A stretch of DNA of 64,000 nt, from contig JADFQV010000002.1 of assembly GCA_022561635.1 (NCBI GenBank), forward strand, positions 2,546-66,545, read 5' to 3'. Position 1 is the stretch's first letter; the number at the start of each line of letters is the position of its first letter. This document shows, piece by piece, positions 27,384-36,451 of the stretch. The notes under the pieces are model-generated. The model was given only the letters and a program-made list of their open reading frames with translations. It was not told where the DNA came from and did not search any database. Position numbers and translations under genes: made by a program. The DNA comes from Chloroflexota bacterium. GTDB lineage: Bacteria > Chloroflexota > Dehalococcoidia > SM23-28-2 > RBG-16-64-32.

Positions 27384-28046
27384 ATGACAGCCGAAGACGT
27401 AGGCAATCAATGGCTCGCGCAGGCGTTGCACGAAGTGGACGCCGTACAGTTCGGCGACTTCACGATGGGCCGGACGACGATCAACTCCCCGGTCTACGTC
27501 AACCTGCGCAAGCTCGTTAGCAACCCTCGGGCGCTGGCCCGCGCGGCCCGCGTCATGCAGGAGAAGGTGCAGACGCTGCAGTCCAAGCTCCACCCGCAGG
27601 TAGAGCCCTTCCAACGTGTCTGCGGCATCCCGTTTGGCGGCCTGCATCTGGCTACGGCCTTCTCGCTGCGCACCACGACGCCGATGATCTACGTGCACCC
27701 GGCGAAGGAGCGCAACGGCAGCCGCGTCTTCGTCGAGGGCGTCTACGAAAAAGGCGAGCACGTGCTGCTCATCGACGACCTCGTGACGACGGGCGGCGGG
27801 ATCGTCGAGACGGCTGAGTTCCTGCGCACGAACGCCGGCCTCCTCGTCCGCGACGTGCTCGTGCTCGTGGACCGCGAGGAGGGCGCCCGCGAACGGCTGA
27901 AGGGGCGCGGATACAACCTCAACTCAATCCTGGGGCTGGAGGCGATGCTCAACTACTTGATGGCGAGCGAGAAGATCGACGAGAAGTGGTACCGAAAGAG
28001 CATCGATTACCTGCAACAGCGGCGTTCTGAGCGCGGTGTGGAGTAG
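27384..28046 (+). CDS. pyrE: Orotate phosphoribosyltransferase
   Basis: VQFGDFTMGRTTINSPVYVNLR...VLLIDDLVTTGGG PRPP-binding motif. Confidence 0.85.
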   Translation: MTAEDVGNQWLAQALHEVDAVQFGDFTMGRTTINSPVYVNLRKLVSNPRALARAARVMQEKVQTLQSKLHPQVEPFQRVCGIPFGGLHLATAFSLRTTTPMIYVHPAKERNGSRVFVEGVYEKGEHVLLIDDLVTTGGGIVETAEFLRTNAGLLVRDVLVLVDREEGARERLKGRGYNLNSILGLEAMLNYLMASEKIDEKWYRKSIDYLQQRRSERGVE

Positions 28047-28057
28047 ACCGAAACGGG

Positions 28058-28273
28058 CTAGAGCAGACGGCGAATGGCCTTGCGGCCGGGTCGCGGATCA
28101 TAGTTCGACTTGAACTGCTGAAGCGCGTGACGCTCGATCAGGTACTTCCCGGCGAAGAGGACAGCCGGCACCTTCTTCTGCTTGATCAGGCGCCGCAAAC
28201 TTTGCGGGTGAATACCGAGGATGCGGGCGGCATCCACAAGGTCGAGATAATTATCGAAGGGCTCGTCTGTCAA
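28058..28273 (-). CDS. Small excisionase-family HTH DNA-binding protein
   Basis: LVDAARILGIHPQSLRRLIKQKKVPAVLFAGKYLI. TTG start with GGAG 8 nt upstream. Confidence 0.6.
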   Translation of the reverse strand: MTDEPFDNYLDLVDAARILGIHPQSLRRLIKQKKVPAVLFAGKYLIERHALQQFKSNYDPRPGRKAIRRLL

Positions 28274-28411
28274 TTCTCGTGCTCCAAATAATACGCTCAG
28301 ACGCGTAAGCTAATGTATCACGTCCTGTCAAGGGCAGGCGCCGGAACGAAAACTCTAGCAGAGAAACCGAGGGCGGCAACATGCCCAGGTGCTATCCTTG
28401 AAGGCCTGATC

Positions 28412-30013
28412 ATGAGCCCTGACAACACCGACCGCCCACGCAGGTTCGTCACCACCTCTAGCGTCCCGGTGGAGCCCGTCTACGGGCCGCGAGACATCCC
28501 CAGCAACGGCGAGCAGCTTGTCGCACCCGGGCAGTACCCGTTCACACGCGGCATCCACAAAACAGGCTACCGGGGCAAGCTCTGGACGATGCGCATGTTC
28601 GCCGGCTTCGGCTCCGCCGAGGAGACCAACGAGCGCTTTCGCTACCTTCTCTCCCAGGGCACCAGCGGCCTCTCCATCGCCTTCGACATGGCGACGCTCT
28701 ACGGCTATGACGCTGACGCGCCGGAGGCGCTGGGCGAGTTCGGCAAGTGCGGCGTCGGCGTCTCGTCCCTGCGCGACATGGAGATCCTGCTCGACGGGCT
28801 GCCACTGGCCGACATCACGACCTCGATGACGATCAACTCCCCGGCGGCCGTCATCTGGGCGATGTACATCGCCGCCGCCGAGAAGCGCGGCATCAAGCGC
28901 TCGCAGCTCGCCGGCACGATCCAGAACGACATCCTCAAGGAGTACATTGCGCAGAAGGAGTTCCTCTTCCCGCCCGAGCCCTCGATGCGCCTTGTCGTGG
29001 ACACGATCGAGTTCGGCTCGCATGAGATGCCGAAATGGAACACGATTTCGATCTCCGGCTACCACATCCGCGAGGCCGGATCGACGGCCGTGCAGGAGCT
29101 GGCCTTCACGTTGAGCGACGGCTTCGAGTACGTCCGCTGGTGCCTCGAACGAGGCCTGGACATCGACGACTTCGCGCCGCGCCTCTCGTTCTTCTTCAAC
29201 TCGCACAACGATCTCTTCGAAGAAGTGGCCAAGTTCCGCGCGGCGCGCCGGATCTGGGCGCACGAGATGCGCGAGACGTTCGGCGCCAGGAACGAGCGCT
29301 CCTGGTGGATGCGCTTCCACACACAGACCGCCGGCGTCTCGCTGACGGCGCAGCAGCCGGAGGTCAACCTGATCCGCACCGCCGTTCAGGCGCTGGCCGC
29401 CGTGATGGGTGGGACGCAGAGCCTGCACACGAATTCCATGGACGAAGCCCTGGCGCTACCGAGCGAGAAGGCCGCTCGTCTGGCGCTGCGCACGCAGCAG
29501 GTTATCGCTCACGAATCGGGTGTAGCGAACACGGCTGACCCGTTGGGCGGTTCGTACTTCGTCGAGACGCTCACCGATGAGACGGAGACCGCGGCCCGTG
29601 CTTACTTCAACAAAGTCGAGGACCTGGGCGGCGTGATCCCGGCGATCGAAGACGGCTTCTTCCAGCGCGAGATCGCGGACGCCGCCTACCTCTACCAGCG
29701 CGAAACCGACCGCAGCGAGCGGACGATCGTCGGCGTCAACGACTTTGTGATGGACGAGCCGCTGGAGATCCCGATCCTCGACATGGATCCGCAGGGCTAC
29801 GACCGCCAGGTAGAGCGCCTCAACGAGATCCGCCGCTCGCGCGACAACCGCGAGACAGCGCGCACGCTGAAGGCGCTGGAGGGCGCCCTGCGCAGCGACG
29901 ACAACGTCATGCCGTTCCTGCTCGACGCCGTCAGCGCCGACGCCACTCTTCAGGAGTGCTGCGACGTCATGCGCGAGGTCTTCGGCGTCTACAACGAAGC
30001 CGCGATCGTCTAG
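28412..30013 (+). CDS. Methylmalonyl-CoA mutase family, large (substrate-binding TIM barrel) subunit without a B12-binding domain
   Basis: [10 protein letters not shown]...[15 protein letters not shown]...[25 protein letters not shown], and [11 protein letters not shown]. Confidence 0.9.
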   Translation: MSPDNTDRPRRFVTTSSVPVEPVYGPRDIPSNGEQLVAPGQYPFTRGIHKTGYRGKLWTMRMFAGFGSAEETNERFRYLLSQGTSGLSIAFDMATLYGYDADAPEALGEFGKCGVGVSSLRDMEILLDGLPLADITTSMTINSPAAVIWAMYIAAAEKRGIKRSQLAGTIQNDILKEYIAQKEFLFPPEPSMRLVVDTIEFGSHEMPKWNTISISGYHIREAGSTAVQELAFTLSDGFEYVRWCLERGLDIDDFAPRLSFFFNSHNDLFEEVAKFRAARRIWAHEMRETFGARNERSWWMRFHTQTAGVSLTAQQPEVNLIRTAVQALAAVMGGTQSLHTNSMDEALALPSEKAARLALRTQQVIAHESGVANTADPLGGSYFVETLTDETETAARAYFNKVEDLGGVIPAIEDGFFQREIADAAYLYQRETDRSERTIVGVNDFVMDEPLEIPILDMDPQGYDRQVERLNEIRRSRDNRETARTLKALEGALRSDDNVMPFLLDAVSADATLQECCDVMREVFGVYNEAAIV

Positions 30014-30735
30014 TCGCCGGGCGGGGCGCTGTCCGGGCGCACAAACTTGCCGTCGCGCATCGTGATCACCAGATCGGCCTGCCTGGCGATCGAAGTATCG
30101 TGCGTAGCGATGAGGACGGTGCGGTCACCGCTGGCCAGGCTGCGCAGAAGCTGAACGATCTGCTCGCCGGTGGTCGAATCCAGGTTCGCCGTCGGCTCGT
30201 CTGCCAGGATCAGCGGCGGGTCGTTTGCCAACGCGCGGGCGATCGCCACGCGCTGTTGCTCGCCGCCAGAGAGGCGCGTCGGGCGGCGGCGGTGGCGGTC
30301 CGGCGCCAGCTTGACCCGCGCCAGGAGCGACTCCGCCAGCGTCCGGCGACCCTGGGCGTTCGGCTTGCCACGCAGCTCCATCGGCAGCATTACGTTCTCG
30401 ATCGCCGAGAGGTAGGGCATCAGGTTGAACATCTGAAAGACGAAGCCCACCTTGTCGCGCCGATAGGCCACTTCGGCCGCGCCGCTCAGGCCCGAGACAT
30501 CGGTGCCGTCAACGGTGATGCGTCCGGAATCCAGGCGGTCGAGCGCGCCCATAAGGTTGAGGAGCGTGCTCTTCCCGCAACCGCTGGGACCCTTGAGCGC
30601 GACGAGCTTGCCGCGCGGGATCGCCACCGAAACGCCATCGACGGCGCGTACGATGTCGGGGCCGCTCTTGAAGTGCTTGACGACGTCTTCCAGGACCGCC
30701 GCACCAGCGTTGGTCACCACTGCAGCGTTACTCAT
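30010..30735 (-). CDS. ABC transporter ATP-binding protein (MacB/LolD-like)
   Basis: [39 protein letters not shown]. The ATG overlaps the permease stop (ATGAGTAA). Confidence 0.9.
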   Translation of the reverse strand: MSNAAVVTNAGAAVLEDVVKHFKSGPDIVRAVDGVSVAIPRGKLVALKGPSGCGKSTLLNLMGALDRLDSGRITVDGTDVSGLSGAAEVAYRRDKVGFVFQMFNLMPYLSAIENVMLPMELRGKPNAQGRRTLAESLLARVKLAPDRHRRRPTRLSGGEQQRVAIARALANDPPLILADEPTANLDSTTGEQIVQLLRSLASGDRTVLIATHDTSIARQADLVITMRDGKFVRPDSAPPGD

Positions 30736-32155
30736 AGCGAAGCACCTCCGCGGGCTTGACCCGGCCCACATACCAGGCCGGAATGACCGTTGCCACCAGC
30801 GCCAGTCCGAGCGCGATGACCAGAGCGTAGCCGAAGACTTCGGGTGAGACGGCGACATCGATCTCGCCGAGCAAGTTGCCCGCAGGACCGCCGCCAGCCC
30901 CGGCGGTTACGTCTGCGCCCGGCCGTCCGAAGCCTCCGCCGCCAACCTGGATTGTTGGATCGGACACCAATCCGTTTGCGACCGTCTGCGCCAGAGGGAA
31001 CGTGGCGAGCGCACCGATGACGGCGGCGATGACCGCGACGAACGCTGTCTCCAGCGTCATCTGGCCGACGACGTTCCAGTTCGAGGCACCGAGCGCCTTG
31101 AGGATGCCGATCTCCTTGACCCGCTGTCGAGCAACGATAGCAACCGAGAAGAGGATAATCGCCGCGCTGGCGATCAGCGCCGCGATCATGCCGATCTGGC
31201 TACTGTCCGCGGCGTCAGAGAGCGGCGCGCTGATAGCGTCGAACGCCGCCTCTTGCGTCGTCACGTCGGCAACGTCCTCGCCCAGCGTCACGCGGATCTC
31301 TTCGGCCGTCGAGCTGACGTTCTCCGCCGTGTCCACCTGGACGGTGATCGCGTCGACCTCGCCTTCGCGGTCGAAGAGGGCGCGCGCGGTGTCCAACGGA
31401 AGGAACATGGCGTTGTCGCCGAACTGTGTGCCCGTGACGAAGATCCCCACGACTTCCACATCCACCTCGTTCACCGCGAACGTATCGCCGACCGCCAGCC
31501 CGTTGGCCTCCGCCAGACTCGCGCCGATCACGGCGACGCTGGCCTCGCCTTCGTCCGACTCGAACGTGCGGCCGCTCGTGATCTCAACGTTCTCGACGCC
31601 GAGGGAAGAGAGAGCGGTCGGGCTATCGGTACCGGTCACAATGACCGGTACCTGGAAGCCGCCGGCGGGCCCACGGCCTGCGAACGGCGAGTTCGCCGGC
31701 GGCTCGATCGTGCCACCGATCAGGTCATCACCCGTGTACTGCTCGGTGATCGTCCGCGAGTAGCTGGTAACGTGCTCGATGGAGGCGATCGCCTCCACTG
31801 CATCGTCGGTGAGAGTCGCCTGAACAGCCTCGTCGTCGGTGGCGGCATCATCGACGGCGTCCGGAGCGTCCGGCCCGCCGCCCACGCCGCCAGGGCCACC
31901 TTCACCATCTGCACCTCCCGCGCCGCCACCAAAGCCGCCCCGGAAGATGAACCCGCCGCCGAAGCTTCCCGCCGGCTGTACGGTCACCGTCGTGCCGACC
32001 TGGCTCTGGATCTCTTCCAGACGCTCGTCGAACGCACCATCGACTGTGATCATGATCAGTGCGAGACCGATGCTGACGCTGAGGACGCCAACCAATAGGG
32101 CCGCGCGCAGCGGCGAGCGCAAGAGGGCGCGCACTGCCCAACGAAGAGTCTTCAT
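30728..32155 (-). CDS. FtsX/MacB-type ABC transporter permease with a Gly-rich/acidic insertion in the extracytoplasmic domain
   Basis: N-terminal TM, a large external domain, and a C-terminal FtsX 3-TM bundle (GILKALGAS...). AAAGGGAG SD lies 5 nt before the ATG at 32155. The GTG at 32161 is an alternative. Confidence 0.8.
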   Translation of the reverse strand: MKTLRWAVRALLRSPLRAALLVGVLSVSIGLALIMITVDGAFDERLEEIQSQVGTTVTVQPAGSFGGGFIFRGGFGGGAGGADGEGGPGGVGGGPDAPDAVDDAATDDEAVQATLTDDAVEAIASIEHVTSYSRTITEQYTGDDLIGGTIEPPANSPFAGRGPAGGFQVPVIVTGTDSPTALSSLGVENVEITSGRTFESDEGEASVAVIGASLAEANGLAVGDTFAVNEVDVEVVGIFVTGTQFGDNAMFLPLDTARALFDREGEVDAITVQVDTAENVSSTAEEIRVTLGEDVADVTTQEAAFDAISAPLSDAADSSQIGMIAALIASAAIILFSVAIVARQRVKEIGILKALGASNWNVVGQMTLETAFVAVIAAVIGALATFPLAQTVANGLVSDPTIQVGGGGFGRPGADVTAGAGGGPAGNLLGEIDVAVSPEVFGYALVIALGLALVATVIPAWYVGRVKPAEVLRYE

Positions 32156-32260
32156 GCTCACTCCCTTTCAGACGTGTTGCCCGAAATCGTATGATGGCAT
32201 GGTTAGAGTCAGGTTAGCGGCACATTAAGGAACATTAATGTACGCCCGCGGAACTGCAGC

Positions 32261-32290
32261 TTGGCCTAAACCTCACGTTTACGTTATAGT
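32261..32290 (+). promoter_or_regulatory. Putative promoter TTGGCC-N18-TATAGT
   Basis: Read directly from the sequence. It would give a ~100-nt leader for the small ORF at 32394. Confidence 0.35.
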
Positions 32291-32393
32291 AGCGATGACG
32301 GCCCGGTTTCCGCCCCATCCGCAACCGGGTTCGGCGCACCGTATCGCCCGTGCCCCGACACACCGCGGGGACAATGCCAGAGGGAGGCCCACA

Positions 32394-32645
32394 TTGGTAG
32401 AGCAGCAAGCCGAAACGATCACGCTTGACCCCGACGCCACTGTCGACGACGGCTGCGCGCACCACTGGCAGATCGCCACTCCCAACGGCGTAACCAGCGA
32501 AGGCGTGTGCAAGCGATGCGGCAAGTCCCGCGCTTTTCTCAACTACAGCCAGCGCAAGATGATGGTGCGCTCCGTAAAGTCCAACGGAAACAACGGAAAC
32601 AACGCCACCCACAGCAACAACATCAACGGCAAGAAGACCCGCTAA
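32394..32645 (+). CDS. Small (83 aa) zinc-knuckle protein with an Asn-rich tail
   Basis: GGGAGG lies 6 nt before the TTG at 32394. The CAHHW-x14-C-KR-CGK motif suggests a metal site. The tail is KSNGNNGNNATHSNNINGKK. A strong terminator follows. Confidence 0.5.
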   Translation: MVEQQAETITLDPDATVDDGCAHHWQIATPNGVTSEGVCKRCGKSRAFLNYSQRKMMVRSVKSNGNNGNNATHSNNINGKKTR

Positions 32646-32666
32646 GCGGACGTTCGCAAGACTACA

Positions 32667-32696
32667 GGGGCGAGCTTAACGCTCGCCCCTTTTTTC
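32667..32696 (+). terminator. Rho-independent terminator GGGGCGAGC-ttaac-GCTCGCCCC + TTTTTT
   Basis: 9-bp perfect GC-rich stem plus a T-tract. It sits between convergent genes and may act on both. Confidence 0.8.
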
Positions 32697-32700
32697 TCAG

Positions 32701-33648
32701 TCAGCGGCTATGTACTGAGCCAAAGGCCGGACAGGCAGGCTCCGGCGATGGTGGCAGCCCAACATCAAACATCAATGTCTTGAGTGCGTCTACCGGATCA
32801 ATGCCATCCAGACAATCCACGTTTCCCCAGACCTGCGAGCGGTGGTCGAATAGCAGAGTTGTTCCGAGGGCCGGGCACAGGTCACGTGCAAGGACGAACA
32901 GGCCAGCGTCACTGCGCAGAATGCCCAGCGAGTCGATAGGGTTAACGGCGCCCGAGCAATCGACGTCTCCCCAGGTGAGTCCATCCGTAGAAAGATGCAG
33001 AGTCGTCTTCCCGGTCGTCCATACGCCGCTCTCGTCAGCTGGCGCGCTGTCGATCGTGAACGTCACTGTAGCGCCTTCTGTACCGCATCCAGACGGTATG
33101 TTGACCGAGTAGGAAGACGTGATGAGCCAGCCGGAGACTGCGTGGCTGGCACACAGCGTGCCGTTGACGTAGGCCCTTACCAGCGGCGCAGTGCTCGGCC
33201 CAATTATGAAGTCGATGCAGGGTTCGCCGCGACAGGTGAGTCCCCCGCTAAACGTCGCGAACGCGGGCCCTGTATGGATATCGTGGCGATGGCTACCCTC
33301 TTCCCAGACCACAGTCGGGTTCGCTGGCACACCCTCGATGAAGAACTGAATCGTATCGCCGGGCTGGGCGCAGCCGGGCTTCTCGGTGTCCGTCAGCACA
33401 TCCATCGCGTATCCGCCGAACTCCTCACCGTCGGCGAATGGGTGCACGGTCTCATCTTCGCCGCACTCCACATCCCCGACCTTGGCAACCACTGTCTTGC
33501 CGATACCGGCAGCGCCGCAGTCGGTACCGAGACAAACGACTCCCCAGTACTGGGCCGACCCCCACCCCCCGAGTGACGCACTCGTCGTCTGGCTAGCAAG
33601 AGCTGCTAGAGCCAGGAGCAAGGCGATTACGGCGACGCGTGCGACCAT
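32701..33648 (-). CDS. Secreted Cys-rich protein with a C-terminal dockerin-like repeat pair
   Basis: Signal peptide MVARVAVIALLLALAALASQTTSA. Repeats WGDVDCSGAVNPIDSLGILRSDAG and WGNVDCLDGIDPVDALKTLMFDVG. GGAGGAAA SD. Confidence 0.7.
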   Translation of the reverse strand: MVARVAVIALLLALAALASQTTSASLGGWGSAQYWGVVCLGTDCGAAGIGKTVVAKVGDVECGEDETVHPFADGEEFGGYAMDVLTDTEKPGCAQPGDTIQFFIEGVPANPTVVWEEGSHRHDIHTGPAFATFSGGLTCRGEPCIDFIIGPSTAPLVRAYVNGTLCASHAVSGWLITSSYSVNIPSGCGTEGATVTFTIDSAPADESGVWTTGKTTLHLSTDGLTWGDVDCSGAVNPIDSLGILRSDAGLFVLARDLCPALGTTLLFDHRSQVWGNVDCLDGIDPVDALKTLMFDVGLPPSPEPACPAFGSVHSR

Positions 33649-33690
33649 CTCTGATTTCCTCCCCCCTCGCCGGTATTCTACTCCTTCTCA

Positions 33691-33720
33691 TTGACCCCCC
33701 GGCGCGCATCTACGTATGAT
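33691..33720 (+). promoter_or_regulatory. Putative promoter TTGACC-N18-TATGAT
   Basis: The -10 overlaps the ATGATG at 33716 and lies 10 nt upstream of the ATG at 33731. Confidence 0.45.
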
Positions 33721-33730
33721 GGCGCCGCTC

Positions 33731-34435
33731 ATGGTCACCCTCTCCGAAGCCATCGAACGCGCCCGCAGCGAGGATCGCTCCGTGCTCACCGAGATCGAGT
33801 CGAAGCAGGTTCTGGCGGCCGCCGGCATCCCCGTGGCCGAGGCGACGCTGGCAGCTTCTGCCGACGATGCGGCGAAGGCGGCAGCTAAGGCCGGCTTCCC
33901 GGTCGTGCTCAAGATCGTCTCGCCGGACGTCACGCACAAGTCCGACGTCGGTGGCGTCAAGATCGGCCTGGAAGACGAGGCGGCAGTTCGCACGGCGTAC
34001 GACGACATCATCGCCGCTGTAAGTGACCGCCAGCCGAAGGCCCGCATTGAGGGCGTCGCCGTCCAGGCGATGGCGCGCCCCGGCACCGAGGTGATCGTGG
34101 GCATGAGCAAAGACCCGCAGTTCGGGCCGGTGCTCATGTTCGGGCTCGGCGGCATCTTCGTCGAGGTCCTCAAGGACGTCTCCTTCCGCATCGTGCCGCT
34201 GGAAGAGCGCGACGCCCGCGAGATGATCGACGAAATCAAAGGCCGCGCGGTCCTCGACGGCGTGCGCGGCGGCGAACCGGCAGACATCGGCGCGTTGGCC
34301 AGCCTCCTGCTCCAGCTCTCCGCCTTCGCCGAGGCCAACCCGCAGGTGGAAGAGCTGGACCTGAACCCCGTCTTCGCCTACAAGGACGGCTGCCTCGCCG
34401 TCGACGCCCGCATCGTCGTGAGCGCGGAGAGCTGA
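33731..34435 (+). CDS. ADP-forming acyl/acetyl-CoA synthetase, ATP-grasp (beta) subunit
   Basis: LTEIESKQVLAAAGIPV...GFPVVLKIVSPDVTHKSDVGGVKIGL...LDLNPV. The start at 33731 is preferred because 33716 lies inside the -10 box. 33716 remains possible. Confidence 0.8.
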   Translation: MVTLSEAIERARSEDRSVLTEIESKQVLAAAGIPVAEATLAASADDAAKAAAKAGFPVVLKIVSPDVTHKSDVGGVKIGLEDEAAVRTAYDDIIAAVSDRQPKARIEGVAVQAMARPGTEVIVGMSKDPQFGPVLMFGLGGIFVEVLKDVSFRIVPLEERDAREMIDEIKGRAVLDGVRGGEPADIGALASLLLQLSAFAEANPQVEELDLNPVFAYKDGCLAVDARIVVSAES

Positions 34436-34448
34436 CGGGCGCGCCGAG

Positions 34449-35885
34449 ATGGACTATCCGGATCTGACTCAGCGGCTGGACCGCGCCTTCAACCCGAAGA
34501 CCGTGGCCGTCGTCGGCGACAAGCGGGCGATGGGCTATATGTGGCTGCACTCGATGAAGGCGTTCGCCGGCAAGCTGTACTCCGTGCAGATCGACCCGGC
34601 CGAGATACCTGGCATCGAAGCGCTCGATGTCCCCAACTACGCCGCCGTGTCGGAGATTCCCGACGACATCGACTACGTGCTCTGCGCCGTTCCCCGGCCC
34701 GTCGCCGCGCGCATCGTCGCCGACTGCGCCAAGAAGAAGGTCGGTGCCGTGGCTCTGTTCACGTCCGGCTTTGCAGAGACGGAAACAGAAGAGGGCATCG
34801 AGGCGCAGCAGCAGGTCACCGATATCGCCCGCGAGAACGACCTGCTGCTGATCGGCCCGAACTGCATGGGCATCTACAACCGGCGGCTCGGCGTGCGCCA
34901 CAGCCCGGACCAGGAGTCCGGCGACGCCGGCAACGTCGGCTTCATCAGCCAGAGCGGCACGCACTGCATCAACTTCTCCCTCATCGGCGCGACGCACGGC
35001 ATCAAGTGCTCGAAAACGGTCTCCTTCGGCAACGCTGTCCTCCTCGATGCCCCCGACTACATCGACTACCTGGCGCAGGACGCCGAAACCGACGTCATCG
35101 CCATCTACATCGAAGGCACGAAGGACGGCCCGCGCCTTTTGCGCTCGCTCAAGGCCGCTGCCGCACGCAAGCCGGTCGTCGTCTGGCGCGGCGGGACGAG
35201 CACCGCGGGCTCTCGAGCCGTTTACTCACACACAGCATCGCTGGCGGCTGCGCCGGACATCTGGAGCGCGGCGATGCGGCAGGCCGGCGTGATCGAGACC
35301 GAAGACCTGGACGAAACGATCGACGCGGTGAAGGCGCTCGTCTACTGTAAGCCGGCGTCGGGGAAGAGGATGGGCCTCGTGGCGATGACCGGCGGCCAGT
35401 CCGTCGTCATCACCGACGCCTTCGAGCGCGAGGGCATGGAAGTGCCGCTGCTAATGCCTGCCTCCTACGAGAAGCTGGCTTCGTTCTTCAACATCATCGG
35501 CGGCAGCTACCGCAACCCGTTGGACGCCGGCGGCACGATCGGCATGGGCTTCGTGCCCGGCAACCTCAAGAAGCTGTTCGAGATCCTGGACGAGGACGAG
35601 AACGTCGACGCCATCGCCATGGAGGTCAGCGGCACCTTCATCGCCCGCCGCCTGCGCGCCAACCCGGAGATGATGGACGGGCTCCTCGACCTGCTCTCTG
35701 AGCAGCGCGAGCGCTCCGCCAAGCCGTTCCTGGCGATCACGCACCCCAGCCACATCGAGGACGTGATGGCCGGGATGCGGCGCAAGCTCCTGGATCGTGG
35801 CGTGGCGGCGTTTACGAGCTTTCACGCGGCGGCCCGTGCCCTGGCGCGCACGACGGCCTACTGGGCGCGCCGCGACGGCGCCTAG
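34449..35885 (+). CDS. ADP-forming acyl/acetyl-CoA synthetase, CoA-binding/ligase (alpha) subunit
   Basis: FNPKTVAVVGDK...GPNCMGIYN...GFISQSGT...FGNAV... Confidence 0.8.
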   Translation: MDYPDLTQRLDRAFNPKTVAVVGDKRAMGYMWLHSMKAFAGKLYSVQIDPAEIPGIEALDVPNYAAVSEIPDDIDYVLCAVPRPVAARIVADCAKKKVGAVALFTSGFAETETEEGIEAQQQVTDIARENDLLLIGPNCMGIYNRRLGVRHSPDQESGDAGNVGFISQSGTHCINFSLIGATHGIKCSKTVSFGNAVLLDAPDYIDYLAQDAETDVIAIYIEGTKDGPRLLRSLKAAAARKPVVVWRGGTSTAGSRAVYSHTASLAAAPDIWSAAMRQAGVIETEDLDETIDAVKALVYCKPASGKRMGLVAMTGGQSVVITDAFEREGMEVPLLMPASYEKLASFFNIIGGSYRNPLDAGGTIGMGFVPGNLKKLFEILDEDENVDAIAMEVSGTFIARRLRANPEMMDGLLDLLSEQRERSAKPFLAITHPSHIEDVMAGMRRKLLDRGVAAFTSFHAAARALARTTAYWARRDGA

Positions 35886-35899
35886 CCATAGGAGGCGAT

Positions 35900-36451
35900 A
35901 TGGCACGCATACCCACGATCGAACCGGAGGAGGCAAACGCCGAACAGCGCGCGGCACACGATGACGGCGTCAAGCGCTACGGCCGCATGACCAACATGAA
36001 GCGCACGCTGCTGCACTCGCTTCCGGCCTACGAGACGCTAATGGAGTTTTATCCGCTGGCGGAGGTCGTGGCACCGTTCCTCGGGGCGCGTCCTACGAAC
36101 GTCTTCCTGCACGCCATCTCGGCGGAGACCGACTGCCTCGTCTGCTCGACGTACTTCAGGCGCCACCTGATCGACGCCGGCGAGAACCCGGACGACCTCG
36201 ACCTGAGCGAGCGCGAGAAGCTGCTCATCGAGTTCGGGCGGTCACTCTCGGCGCAGCGCTCGCGGGTCTCGGACGACGTTTACGCGCGTCTTTCGGCCGA
36301 GTTCACGGCCGAGCAGATCGTAGCGCTGACGGCGTTCGGCGCGATGATGGTGGCAACGAACGTCTTCAACAACGCCCTCGACGTCGACCTCGACGAGTAT
36401 CTCGAAGTCTACCGGAAGTCCGGCGCACCCGCGCACGGAGCCAGCGGATGA
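35900..36451 (+). CDS. Carboxymuconolactone decarboxylase / AhpD-like family protein
   Basis: All-helical 183-aa protein with an AhpD-like pattern (...ISAETDCLVCSTYF...). AGGAGG SD. Confidence 0.7.
   Translation: MARIPTIEPEEANAEQRAAHDDGVKRYGRMTNMKRTLLHSLPAYETLMEFYPLAEVVAPFLGARPTNVFLHAISAETDCLVCSTYFRRHLIDAGENPDDLDLSEREKLLIEFGRSLSAQRSRVSDDVYARLSAEFTAEQIVALTAFGAMMVATNVFNNALDVDLDEYLEVYRKSGAPAHGASG

Noticed and set aside
28274-28411. Possible cobalamin riboswitch upstream of the methylmalonyl-CoA mutase gene.
   Set aside because: There is no B12-box-like sequence, and the region is too short (138 nt, shared with the divergent HTH gene). Only a weak 5-6-5 inverted repeat (TACGC-N6-GCGTA) was seen.
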